Assembly (NCBI GenBank): GCA_015492645.1
Contig: WGER01000044.1
Coordinates: forward strand, 12,046-76,045
DNA from: Nitrospirota bacterium
Lineage (GTDB): Bacteria; Nitrospirota; Thermodesulfovibrionia; Thermodesulfovibrionales; JdFR-85
Direction of reading: 5' to 3'
Length of the DNA stretch: 64,000 bases
Positions 52,722 through 60,955 of this stretch are shown here, piece by piece. The translations under genes and the position numbers were made by a program. The notes under the pieces are model-generated. The model had not been told where the DNA came from, ran no database searches, and was given only the letters and a program-made list of their open reading frames with translations. Within the stretch, counting starts at the first letter, position 1, and each line of letters starts with the position of its first letter.

Positions 52722-53802
52722 GAAGTTCAGGGCAAAGACATTTGCCGAGGCCCTTGAGATGGTCAAGAGGCAACTGGGCAGAGATGCCGTGATCCTGGCT
52801 ACTGATGAGTCTAAGGGGCTGAGGAGGTATGTGGAGATCACCGCAGCAGTTGACCCTGACCCCTCTGCTACATACCACAGCAGGACATACAGTCAGTGGA
52901 GGCAGGGTGAAGAATCAGAGAGAGTGGATGAGGAGATAGTGACTCTAAAGAACGAGTTGAGGAATTTAAGGCAATGGATAGAGGAGATGAGAAACACGGG
53001 ATATGAACTGAGTCTACCGCCCACAAAGAGAAGGATATTTCAGTATCTGAAGGACCTGGCAGTCAGCGACGAGTTTGCCATAAGGCTTGCCGAAAGGGCA
53101 AGGAGCATCAAGGAATTGCCCTCTCTCATTTCCAAAGATATAGCGGTGTCAGACAGAGACTACAGTGGCAAGGCAGTGATGCTAATAGGACCGACAGGGG
53201 TGGGCAAGACGACCACAGTGGCCAAACTGGCTGCCAGACAACTCAGGGCAGGCAAAAGGGTAGGACTTGTCACACTGGACACATACCGGATCGGGGCAAT
53301 AGAGCAGATAAGGATATACGCCAGGGTGATGGGGGTGTCCCTGAATGTGGTCTCCGATGTCGAAGAACTGAAGAGGACACTGGAAGAACTCTCCTTTAGC
53401 AGGGATGTGGTCTTTATTGATACAATCGGCAGAAGGTCCTTTGACAATGAATACATAACACACTTGAAGTCCCTGATTGAGTCGGTTTCAGAAGACTCCT
53501 CCAGTAACTTTACCCCTGCCCTGGAGGTCCATCTCCTTGTAGCAGCAAACACCGACGAGAGAGCCACTGTGGAGGCGACGAGGTACTACGGCAGGCTCCC
53601 GATCCACTGCATAGGGGTGACAAAGGTGGATGAGGCTGTTAGATTCGGCAACATTTACAATGTGGGACTCCTCTACCAGAGGCCATTTGCCTACATAACA
53701 ACCGGTCAGAAGGTGCCTGAGGACATAGAATTCATTGACAGACAGACACTGGTAAGACTCATCCTTTCAAGGGGATGCCTCTACAGAAATGCGGAGGTAT
53801 GA
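52711..53802 (+). CDS. flhF: Flagellar SRP-type GTPase FlhF
   Basis: MKIKKFRAKTFAEALEMVKRQLG N-terminus and G-domain motifs GPTGVGKTTT, DTYR, DTIGR, TKVDE. Confidence 0.9.
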   Translation: MKIKKFRAKTFAEALEMVKRQLGRDAVILATDESKGLRRYVEITAAVDPDPSATYHSRTYSQWRQGEESERVDEEIVTLKNELRNLRQWIEEMRNTGYELSLPPTKRRIFQYLKDLAVSDEFAIRLAERARSIKELPSLISKDIAVSDRDYSGKAVMLIGPTGVGKTTTVAKLAARQLRAGKRVGLVTLDTYRIGAIEQIRIYARVMGVSLNVVSDVEELKRTLEELSFSRDVVFIDTIGRRSFDNEYITHLKSLIESVSEDSSSNFTPALEVHLLVAANTDERATVEATRYYGRLPIHCIGVTKVDEAVRFGNIYNVGLLYQRPFAYITTGQKVPEDIEFIDRQTLVRLILSRGCLYRNAEV

Positions 53803-53803
53803 G

Positions 53804-54634
53804 ATGGGAAAGACCGTCAGGACAATAGCAGTCAGTAGCGGTAAAGGCGGGGTTGGGAAGACGAACCTGGTGGCAAACCTTGCAATCTGCTTCAGGAAAC
53901 TGGGCAAGAATGTGCTTGTATTTGATGCTGACCTGGGGCTGAGCAACATAGACGTCCTGCTTCAGTTGACCCCGAAATACAACATTCTGCACCTGTTAAA
54001 AGGGGAGAGAGAACTGAGGGAGATAATTATTGAAGGGCCTTCAGGCATAAAAATACTGCCTGCGAGTTCAGGCATACAGGAGTTGACAGCACTGGACAGC
54101 CAACAGAGACTGAATCTGCTGAGCGCCTTTGAGTCATACGATGATGATATAGACATCCTTCTGATAGATACCTCTGCCGGAATTTCAGAAAATGTGGCCT
54201 TTTTCTGCATGGCGGCACAGCAGACGATAATCATCACCTCTCCTGAACCCACCTCGATCACTGATGCATATGCCCTGATAAAGGTCCTGTTTACGGGATA
54301 CCAGGAGAAGTCCTTTCATCTGGTGGTCAACTGCGTCAGGAATGAAAATGAGGCGATTGAGACATTCAGGAGGCTTGCCATAGCCACAGAGAGGTTTCTC
54401 AGCGTGGGGATCAGTTACCTCGGCTACATCCCCTATGATGAGGTGGTTAAAAAGGCTGTTGTCAGACAGAGGGCCTTTGTGGAGATGTATCCAAACTCTG
54501 CAGCCTCCAAGAGTATCATGCAGATTGCTAAGAAACTATCGGAGACGTCAGTGACCGTAAAGGGGGCCTTACAGTTCTTTATAGGGAACCTCCTGACAAT
54601 GACATCAGAGAGGCAGGGTGTCCATGTCAGTTGA
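53804..54634 (+). CDS. flhG: MinD-type ATPase FlhG (FleN/YlxH)
   Basis: Deviant Walker A SGKGGVGKT. Position after flhF. ATG at 53804 with a GCGGAGGT RBS. Confidence 0.85.
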   Translation: MGKTVRTIAVSSGKGGVGKTNLVANLAICFRKLGKNVLVFDADLGLSNIDVLLQLTPKYNILHLLKGERELREIIIEGPSGIKILPASSGIQELTALDSQQRLNLLSAFESYDDDIDILLIDTSAGISENVAFFCMAAQQTIIITSPEPTSITDAYALIKVLFTGYQEKSFHLVVNCVRNENEAIETFRRLAIATERFLSVGISYLGYIPYDEVVKKAVVRQRAFVEMYPNSAASKSIMQIAKKLSETSVTVKGALQFFIGNLLTMTSERQGVHVS

Positions 54635-55364
54635 GACAGAAAAGAGAGAGGTGAAGAGGGGGATAGACAGAGAGGAGATTATATCCAGGTATCTGCCCTA
54701 TGTGAAGTACACGGCCCTGAGGCTGTCCTGGAGGCTCCCTCCCCATATGACGGTTGAAGACCTCATGAGCGCAGGCATCATGGGGCTTCTGAATGCGGTG
54801 GACAGGTACAGGGAAGACCTGGGTGCACTGGAACCCTATGTGAAGAAGAAGATAAGATGGGCGATGCTGGACGAACTGAGGGCAAACGACGAACTGTCAA
54901 GAAGCGCGAAGGACAAGGTCAAGGCCCTGAAGGAGGCGACCAGTAGTGTGCAGAACGAACTCGGTAAGGAACCCGATGCTGAAGAGGTGGCAGAAAGGAT
55001 GGGTGTGTCTGTGGAGGAGTACTACCAGATACTTCAGAAGATGCAGGCATCATTTGTGCTGAGGTTTGAGGAGTTCTCTGATTCAAACGATGGCAGCCTC
55101 GATATATTAGAGAGCATAGAGGACAAGAGAGCAATCGATCCACTCAGTAGGTACGAAATGAACAGTATGAAAGAGGCCCTGAAGAGAGAGATAGAAAACC
55201 TGTCTGAAAGGGAGAAACTCGTCCTTTCTCTTTATTACTGGGAAGAACTCACCATGAAAGAGATTGCTGTGGTGCTTGGTGTGACTGAAGGCAGGGTCTC
55301 CCAGATACACCATCAAGCCCTTTTAAAACTCAGAGCAAGGATGAGTCTCTGGAGGGAGGATTGA
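54624..55364 (+). CDS. fliA: Flagellar sigma factor FliA (sigma-28)
   Basis: Sigma-70 regions 2-4 (DLMSAGIMGLLNAVDRY; LSEREKLVLSLYYWEELTMKEIAVVLGVTEGRVSQIHHQAL). Confidence 0.9.
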   Translation: MSVETEKREVKRGIDREEIISRYLPYVKYTALRLSWRLPPHMTVEDLMSAGIMGLLNAVDRYREDLGALEPYVKKKIRWAMLDELRANDELSRSAKDKVKALKEATSSVQNELGKEPDAEEVAERMGVSVEEYYQILQKMQASFVLRFEEFSDSNDGSLDILESIEDKRAIDPLSRYEMNSMKEALKREIENLSEREKLVLSLYYWEELTMKEIAVVLGVTEGRVSQIHHQALLKLRARMSLWRED

Positions 55365-55365
55365 A

Positions 55366-55506
55366 ATGGAGGTAAAGTCGGTGGACAGGGTCGTCATACC
55401 CCTGAAAAAGGAGGAGGCCAAAGGCCAGAAAGGGCCTTCTGCAAGACACAGGGACAGACAGAAGAAAAAGAAAAAGAAAGAGGGAAGGGTAGACATAAGG
55501 GTATGA
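55366..55506 (+). CDS. Unlisted 46-aa highly basic small ORF, translationally coupled
   Basis: ATG lies 1 nt after the fliA stop. It encodes MEVKSVDRVVIPLKKEEAKGQKGPSARHRDRQKKKKKKEGRVDIRV. Its TGA overlaps the next ATG as ATGA at 55503-55506. It falls below the ORF-track length cutoff. Confidence 0.4.
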   Translation: MEVKSVDRVVIPLKKEEAKGQKGPSARHRDRQKKKKKKEGRVDIRV

Positions 55507-55847
55507 GAGTGTTTATGAAGAGGTCCACGGATAGAGAGATAACTCTCAAGGACCTTAAGGAGGTACTTCAGGTGCTGATACTTCTCTGTGACGAATTAAA
55601 AGAGACCGTGGAGGGTCTAAAGGTGCTCAATTCAGAGGCAGACAGGAAAATCCGTCGCCTTGAGGTCATCTTTGAGAAGACAGAACCCCTGGAGGAGATC
55701 CTCACGAAGGAGAAATCAGTGGATGAGAAGGTCTTGAGACTCTCAGAGGGCGGACTCAGTATAGAAAAGATATCGAAGATGCTGGGGATACCAGAGGGTG
55801 AGGTGGAACTGGTATTGAACCTTTACGGAGGAAAAAAATGCAAATAG
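55503..55847 (+). CDS. Hypothetical flagellar-cluster protein, DUF2802-like with C-terminal HTH-like motif
   Basis: Coiled-coil middle region. The C-terminal LRLSEGGLSIEKISKMLGIPEGEVELVLNLY resembles the DUF2802 family found in flagellar loci. Confidence 0.45.
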   Translation: MRVFMKRSTDREITLKDLKEVLQVLILLCDELKETVEGLKVLNSEADRKIRRLEVIFEKTEPLEEILTKEKSVDEKVLRLSEGGLSIEKISKMLGIPEGEVELVLNLYGGKKCK

Positions 55848-55903
55848 GAAAAAAGTTCCTACCGCTGGTAGGTGGAAAAACCGCAATTATTAACAGCAAA
55901 CTC

Positions 55904-55919
55904 TGGCACTTTATTTGCA
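55904..55919 (+). promoter_or_regulatory. Sigma-54 promoter upstream of flgF (TGGCAC-N5-TTGCA, consensus)
   Basis: TGGCACTTTATTTGCA in the 86-nt gap before flgF, 30 nt before the ATG at 55934. Confidence 0.7.
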
Positions 55920-55933
55920 TTTAAGAGGCTGGG

Positions 55934-56632
55934 ATGAACAAGGCGGTATACATAGCACTGTCTGGCAGTATCCTGAAGGTCCTGGAGATGGAGGTAATAG
56001 CCCAGAATCTATCAAATGTGGATGCCGTGGGTTACAAGAGACCAGTATTGAGTTTCACGGAGTACCTGATAGACATGGATATGAGACCTGCTGAAAGGTC
56101 CATGACGAGACTTTCCCAATTCATAACGGATTTCACACCAGGTCCCCTGATACGGACCGACAATCCCTTGGACCTGGCGATAGATGGGAGTGGATTCTTC
56201 GTGATTGAGGGTGGTCTCTACACGAGGAGGGGCGTCTTCACTCTCGACAATGAGGGCTTTCTGACCACCACGGACGGCAGGAAGGTCATGAGTGAAGGGG
56301 GTCCTATACGGGTCCTCTCTGCAGATGTCGTTGTCACTGAAGATGGTGATGTAGTGGTCGATGGGGAGGTGGTCGGAAAACTCAAGATAGTGGACTTCAC
56401 TGACTACTCCGCCATGCAGAGAATTTCAGGGCAGTACTACACCACCACAGAGCCCCCTTCAAGGGCCTCTGCCCAGGTGAAGCAGGGATACATTGAAGGC
56501 TCAAATGTGAATGTGGTAAGGCAGATGATAAGGATGATAGACGCGACAAGGGAGTTTGAGGCCTTTCAGAAGGTTATACAGGCCCTTGATGAGGCCACTG
56601 CAAAAGTGAATAACGAACTCGGAAGGATATAA
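55934..56632 (+). CDS. flgF: Flagellar rod protein FlgF
   Basis: [11 protein letters not shown]...[15 protein letters not shown]-terminus and a C-terminal rod motif ([25 protein letters not shown]). Confidence 0.85.
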   Translation: MNKAVYIALSGSILKVLEMEVIAQNLSNVDAVGYKRPVLSFTEYLIDMDMRPAERSMTRLSQFITDFTPGPLIRTDNPLDLAIDGSGFFVIEGGLYTRRGVFTLDNEGFLTTTDGRKVMSEGGPIRVLSADVVVTEDGDVVVDGEVVGKLKIVDFTDYSAMQRISGQYYTTTEPPSRASAQVKQGYIEGSNVNVVRQMIRMIDATREFEAFQKVIQALDEATAKVNNELGRI

Positions 56633-56643
56633 GGAGGCAAATC

Positions 56644-57432
56644 ATGATTAGGGCACTGTTTATAGCATCCACAGGCATGATGGCACAAAAGATGAACATC
56701 GAGGTTATATCGCACAATCTTGCAAATGTGAACACCGTTGGCTACAAGAAGGCAAGAGCAGACTTCCAGGACCTGATGTATCAGACGGTGAGGAGTCCGG
56801 GCACATTCTCATCTGAGACATCTCAACTACCCTCAGGCATAATGGTAGGGCTGGGTGTGAGACCTGTCTCTGTAGAGAAGATATTTCAGGAAGGCGACTT
56901 CATGCATACAGGTAACAGTCTGGATCTTGCCATTGAAGGTGAAGGGTTTTTCCAGATACTGCTGCCAGACGGTAATGTGGCATATACAAGGTCCGGCAAC
57001 TTTAAGGTTGACAGGGAGGGCAGACTGGTTACCTCTGAGGGCTATCCCTTAGAGCCGGAAATTACCATTCCTGCAGACACAGAAAGCATAACCATAGGGG
57101 TGGATGGAAGGGTTTCGGTGATACAGAGCGGGAGCACCGAGCCTGTAGAACTGGGGCAGATCGAGATCTCCAGGTTCGTCAATCCAGCCGGTCTGAAACC
57201 CATAGGCAGGAACCTCTATCTGGCCACCGATGCCTCGGGAGAGCCAATCACCGGTACACCAGGCAGTGAAGGACTCGGAACAATCTCTCAGGGGTTCCTT
57301 GAAATGAGCAATGTGAACATCGTGGATGAGATGATAAAGATGATAACTGCCCAGAGGGCCTTTGAGATCAGTTCAAAGGTGGTTCAGGCGGTCGATGAAA
57401 TGTTACAGTATACCAATAATCTGAGGAGGTAA
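56644..57432 (+). CDS. flgG: Flagellar distal rod protein FlgG
   Basis: [35 protein letters not shown], and the C-terminal [25 protein letters not shown]. Confidence 0.95.
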   Translation: MIRALFIASTGMMAQKMNIEVISHNLANVNTVGYKKARADFQDLMYQTVRSPGTFSSETSQLPSGIMVGLGVRPVSVEKIFQEGDFMHTGNSLDLAIEGEGFFQILLPDGNVAYTRSGNFKVDREGRLVTSEGYPLEPEITIPADTESITIGVDGRVSVIQSGSTEPVELGQIEISRFVNPAGLKPIGRNLYLATDASGEPITGTPGSEGLGTISQGFLEMSNVNIVDEMIKMITAQRAFEISSKVVQAVDEMLQYTNNLRR

Positions 57433-57435
57433 AGG

Positions 57436-58083
57436 ATGTTCCGTCTCCTTCTGTTGGTTGTCCTGTTTCTGGCCCAGACGGCCTCTGGTGAGGAGACTCT
57501 CGTCGGGAGGATTGAAGAGAGACTCCAGGAGTTCTATCCCAATGCGGTTGCGATGGTTAGAGGCCTGAAGGGGGTTGACCCCTCTGTTGATTCTGTGCCG
57601 GAGGAGATAGTGGTCCTGGATGCAGGACCAGACAGGGCTACCTTACTTCTCAGGTATGGCAATGGGAAATCAAAGGAGGTGAAGGCCCACCTTCAGACGC
57701 TGCAGAGGGTTGTCCTCTCAAGGAGATACATCAGGAGAGGCGAGGTGCTGAAGGCCTCAGACCTCTACATAGGCCTGAAGCGGTCAAGCCGTATCCCAGC
57801 AGATGCGGTCCACACATTGAAGGAGGCGGTAGGAAAGGTGATGAAGAGGACAGTGGCAGCAAACAGGGTCATAACAGAATCCATGCTCCTTGACAGTGTG
57901 TTAATCAAAAAGGGCAAAAGGATATTAATTGTGGTTGAAACAGACGCCTTCAGGATTACCGCACCCGGAAAGTTGATGCAGACCGCAGCAGTAGGGGAGT
58001 TTGTGAGGGTGTTGAATCTAAGCACAAAAAAGACCCTCAAGGGCATCCTCTTGGATGCACATACTGTGAAGGTGATACTATGA
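57436..58083 (+). CDS. flgA: Flagellar P-ring assembly chaperone FlgA
   Basis: Signal peptide and a SAF-type domain (RGEVLKASDL...VLIKKGKRILIVVE...GEFVRVLN). Confidence 0.8.
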   Translation: MFRLLLLVVLFLAQTASGEETLVGRIEERLQEFYPNAVAMVRGLKGVDPSVDSVPEEIVVLDAGPDRATLLLRYGNGKSKEVKAHLQTLQRVVLSRRYIRRGEVLKASDLYIGLKRSSRIPADAVHTLKEAVGKVMKRTVAANRVITESMLLDSVLIKKGKRILIVVETDAFRITAPGKLMQTAAVGEFVRVLNLSTKKTLKGILLDAHTVKVIL

Positions 58084-58775
58084 GGAGAATAGAAAAAATG
58101 GTCCTTGGTCTTTTGTTCTCCTTAGTCCTCTGGGGTTGCGCTACCACCACGACAAAACTCCCTCCAGAGCCTCCAAGGTATGTGTACAGTGAGGAGGCTC
58201 TAAGACCTCCCTCCATGAACTCCCTATGGATTGACAGGGCGAGCCTCTTTGAAGACAACAAGGCGAGGAGATTAAACGACCTCCTTACAGTAAAGATAGT
58301 GGAGAACATCTCTGGCTCAGGTGATGCTGATACCTCTCTGAGCAAGAGTTCGGAGACAGAGACAGGGATTACAGAACTATTGGGTATACCGACCGACCTT
58401 AACCTGGAGAACCTCTACGGAAAGGGCAACACCTTCTCACCCAGTGTCAACAGCCAGTTTGACATGTCCTTTCAAGGCAGTGGTAAGACGAGCAGAAAGA
58501 GCAGGCTCATAGGTACGGTAACGGCAAAGGTGGTTGAGGTGATGCCCAACGGTAACCTCAGAATTGAAGGAAGAAAAGAGATCATTCTCAACAATGAGAG
58601 GCAGATACTCATAATCAGTGGAATAGTTAGGCCAGAAGACATAGAGAGTGACAATACGGTGCTCAGTACCAGGCTTACCGATACAAAGATATACTACCTG
58701 GGCAAAGGGGTGATCCAGGAGGTGCAGAGTCCTGGATGGCTTGGCAGGATAATAAACAGGGTATGGCCATTCTGA
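58080..58775 (+). CDS. flgH: Flagellar L-ring lipoprotein FlgH
   Basis: Lipobox LWGC; SLWIDRASLFEDNKARRLNDLLTVKIVEN; C-terminal GWLGRIINRVWPF. Confidence 0.95.
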   Translation: MRRIEKMVLGLLFSLVLWGCATTTTKLPPEPPRYVYSEEALRPPSMNSLWIDRASLFEDNKARRLNDLLTVKIVENISGSGDADTSLSKSSETETGITELLGIPTDLNLENLYGKGNTFSPSVNSQFDMSFQGSGKTSRKSRLIGTVTAKVVEVMPNGNLRIEGRKEIILNNERQILIISGIVRPEDIESDNTVLSTRLTDTKIYYLGKGVIQEVQSPGWLGRIINRVWPF

Positions 58776-59863
58776 GAGTAACCATATGTCTTTTTGCGGT
58801 AATTCTGCTCTGTAACCTCTCTGCTCCAGTCCGCGCAGAAAGGATAAAGGATATCGCAGACTTTGAAGGCTTCAGAGAGAATAAGATAATAGGTTACGGT
58901 CTGGTTGTGGGTCTAAACGGCACAGGGGACAAGGCAAAGGCCACCAAGAAGGTGATTGCAAACATTTTGCAGAGGTTTGGCACAACCGTCAAGGAGTCTG
59001 ACATCAACAGCAAGAACAGCGCTGCCGTAATTGTTACGGCGACACTGCCACCCTATCCAAAGCCTGGTATGAGATTAGACGCCCTTGTATCATCCCTGGC
59101 AGATGCAAAGAGCCTTCAGGGGGGGACTCTCCTGCTTACCCCCCTGAAGGGGCCTGATGGCAGGGTCTATGCACTCGCACAGGGACCTGTCTCTGTTGGC
59201 GGATTTGTGGGGGGAAGGGGTGGTACAAAGGTCCAGAAGAACCATCCTACTGCAGGCAGAATCCCAGGTGGGGTAACGATAGAGAGGGAACCTCCATTCA
59301 GCCTCCCCTCCGAGAAGGTGAGGCTCTTTCTGAGGGATCCTGACTTTACCGTGGCCTCTAAGGTGGCAGGCAGGATTAACGAGGTTGTGACAGAGACGGT
59401 GGCAAGACCTGTTGACCCCTCCACAGTGGAGGTCTCCATACCTGAAGAGTTCCAGAAGTCGCCTGTGGATTTCCTGAGCATGATAGAGGAGATTGAGGTA
59501 GAGGTATCTCCACCTCCAAGGATAATCATAAACGAGAGAACGGGTACCGTAGTGATAAGCAAGGGAGTGAGCATCAAACCGGTTGCGATATCCCATGGCA
59601 GTCTCACGATAGAGATAAAGAAGAGATACGAGGTCTCCCAGCCTCCTCCCTTTGCACCGGAGTCTGCCGAAACGGTGGTTGTACCTGAGAGCCAGGTCGG
59701 GGTTACTGAGGAGAAGGTGTCAGTGGCAGGGGTGTCAGGCAACACCCTTGGTGAGATAATCAAGGCCCTCAACGCACTCGGTGTGACACCGAGAGATCTT
59801 ATAGCAATCCTACAGGCCCTAAAGGCATCAGGGGCCCTTAAGGCTGAACTCAGGATAATATGA
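58763..59863 (+). CDS. flgI: Flagellar P-ring protein FlgI
   Basis: Signal peptide followed by RIKDIADFEGFRENKIIGYGLVVGLNGTGD. I prefer the ATG at 58763; 58736 is also possible. Confidence 0.95.
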   Translation: MAILRVTICLFAVILLCNLSAPVRAERIKDIADFEGFRENKIIGYGLVVGLNGTGDKAKATKKVIANILQRFGTTVKESDINSKNSAAVIVTATLPPYPKPGMRLDALVSSLADAKSLQGGTLLLTPLKGPDGRVYALAQGPVSVGGFVGGRGGTKVQKNHPTAGRIPGGVTIEREPPFSLPSEKVRLFLRDPDFTVASKVAGRINEVVTETVARPVDPSTVEVSIPEEFQKSPVDFLSMIEEIEVEVSPPPRIIINERTGTVVISKGVSIKPVAISHGSLTIEIKKRYEVSQPPPFAPESAETVVVPESQVGVTEEKVSVAGVSGNTLGEIIKALNALGVTPRDLIAILQALKASGALKAELRII

Positions 59864-60204
59864 ACCTGACAGAAGGCATAACAGGATTACTGAGTACAGA
59901 AGGCATCTTCTACAGACTGTCTGAGGCAGACTCCAAAGACCCTCAGACCATCAGGGCGGTTGCCAGAGAGATGGAGTCCCTCTTCCTGTATCAACTCCTC
60001 CGACTGATGAGAAAGACCGCTGATGTCTTCAGGGGCAGTAGCCTCCAGCGGGATGTTTATACCACACTAATAGACATTCACCTTGCACGCCTGCTGGCAG
60101 AAAAGGGCACAGGGCTCGGGGACCTTATAGAAAGAGGCCTTAAGGGGCTGTCTGCCGATGTGACTGCTAAAGAAAGATGGGGAATTTACCGAAAGTATAA
60201 GTAA
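59860..60204 (+). CDS. flgJ: FlgJ-like rod-binding protein (no muramidase domain)
   Basis: AREMESLFLYQLLRLMRKT Rod_binding motif. Only 114 aa. Confidence 0.75.
   Translation: MNLTEGITGLLSTEGIFYRLSEADSKDPQTIRAVAREMESLFLYQLLRLMRKTADVFRGSSLQRDVYTTLIDIHLARLLAEKGTGLGDLIERGLKGLSADVTAKERWGIYRKYK
60167..60196 (+). promoter_or_regulatory. Possible sigma-28 promoter for flgM (inside the flgJ 3' end)
   Basis: CTAAAG-16 nt-CCGAAAGTA. This is one nt longer than the two stronger sigma-28 sites and has a weaker -10 box. It lies about 30 nt before the flgM ATG. Confidence 0.3.
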
Positions 60205-60224
60205 AAGGAGAGAGGAGGCCAGTA

Positions 60225-60515
60225 ATGAGGATTAATGACAAGATATTCCCAGGCAGCAAGGACCCGACTTCTGGTATCTCCAAGGTGGACAGACAGGACG
60301 TCCAGCAGAGGGTGAAGAAGGCAGGTCCTCCGGAGAGAAACGACAAGGTTGATATCTCGGCAAGGGCAAAGCAGATTGCAAGGCTGACCGAAGAACTGAA
60401 CCACCTGCCGGAGGTGAGAGATGCTAAGGTTCAACAGATCAAGAAGATGGTAGAATCAGGCACCTACAGGATTGATCCGGGCAGGATAGCAGAGAGGCTG
60501 ATTGAAGAACTATGA
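60225..60515 (+). CDS. flgM: Anti-sigma-28 factor FlgM
   Basis: 96 aa with DKVDISARAKQIARL...KVQQIKKMVESGTYRIDPGRIAERLIEE. Confidence 0.85.
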   Translation: MRINDKIFPGSKDPTSGISKVDRQDVQQRVKKAGPPERNDKVDISARAKQIARLTEELNHLPEVRDAKVQQIKKMVESGTYRIDPGRIAERLIEEL

Positions 60516-60955
60516 AGGAAGTGGAAACCATCAAGGCCCTTCTTACAGCAGAACTGGAGGGATGTAAGGCCCTGGTTGAACTGCTCCGTAAGGAGAAGGA
60601 GTACCTTTTGAACTTAGATGTGCAGGGCATCGAACAGGTCTCAAAGGAGAAGGATTCCCTCCTTCTACAACTCCGCCTTTATGATGAAGAAAGAGAAAGG
60701 GTAATGGCCAGAATGAAAAAGGAGGGGAAGGGCTTTAACACGATAAAGGACCTCTGTGAGTTTACTGCGGATGAGGAACTGAAGGGCCTTCGGTCTAAGT
60801 TGAGGAGTTTGTTACAGAGCCTCAAGGAGTTGAATGAGGTAAACCGTCTCCTTATTGACCGCTCTATAGAGCATCTCCATCAGGGTATAGAGTTCTGCAA
60901 GACCCTGGGCTTTGATCCCTCTTCTAAACTGAGGGTTGTCCAGAGGGAGGCCTGA
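60512..60955 (+). CDS. flgN: FlgN-like export chaperone
   Basis: 147-aa helical protein between flgM and flgK, with LLRKEKEYLLNLDVQGIEQVSKEK, typical of FlgN. Confidence 0.7.
   Translation: MKEVETIKALLTAELEGCKALVELLRKEKEYLLNLDVQGIEQVSKEKDSLLLQLRLYDEERERVMARMKKEGKGFNTIKDLCEFTADEELKGLRSKLRSLLQSLKELNEVNRLLIDRSIEHLHQGIEFCKTLGFDPSSKLRVVQREA

Noticed and set aside
55470-55490. AAG/AAA simple-sequence run (gaagaaaaagaaaaagaaag) that looks like a microsatellite.
   Set aside because: It is read in frame as a poly-Lys tract of the 46-aa ORF. It is too short to call a repeat feature or a phase-variation tract, with no homopolymer longer than 5.
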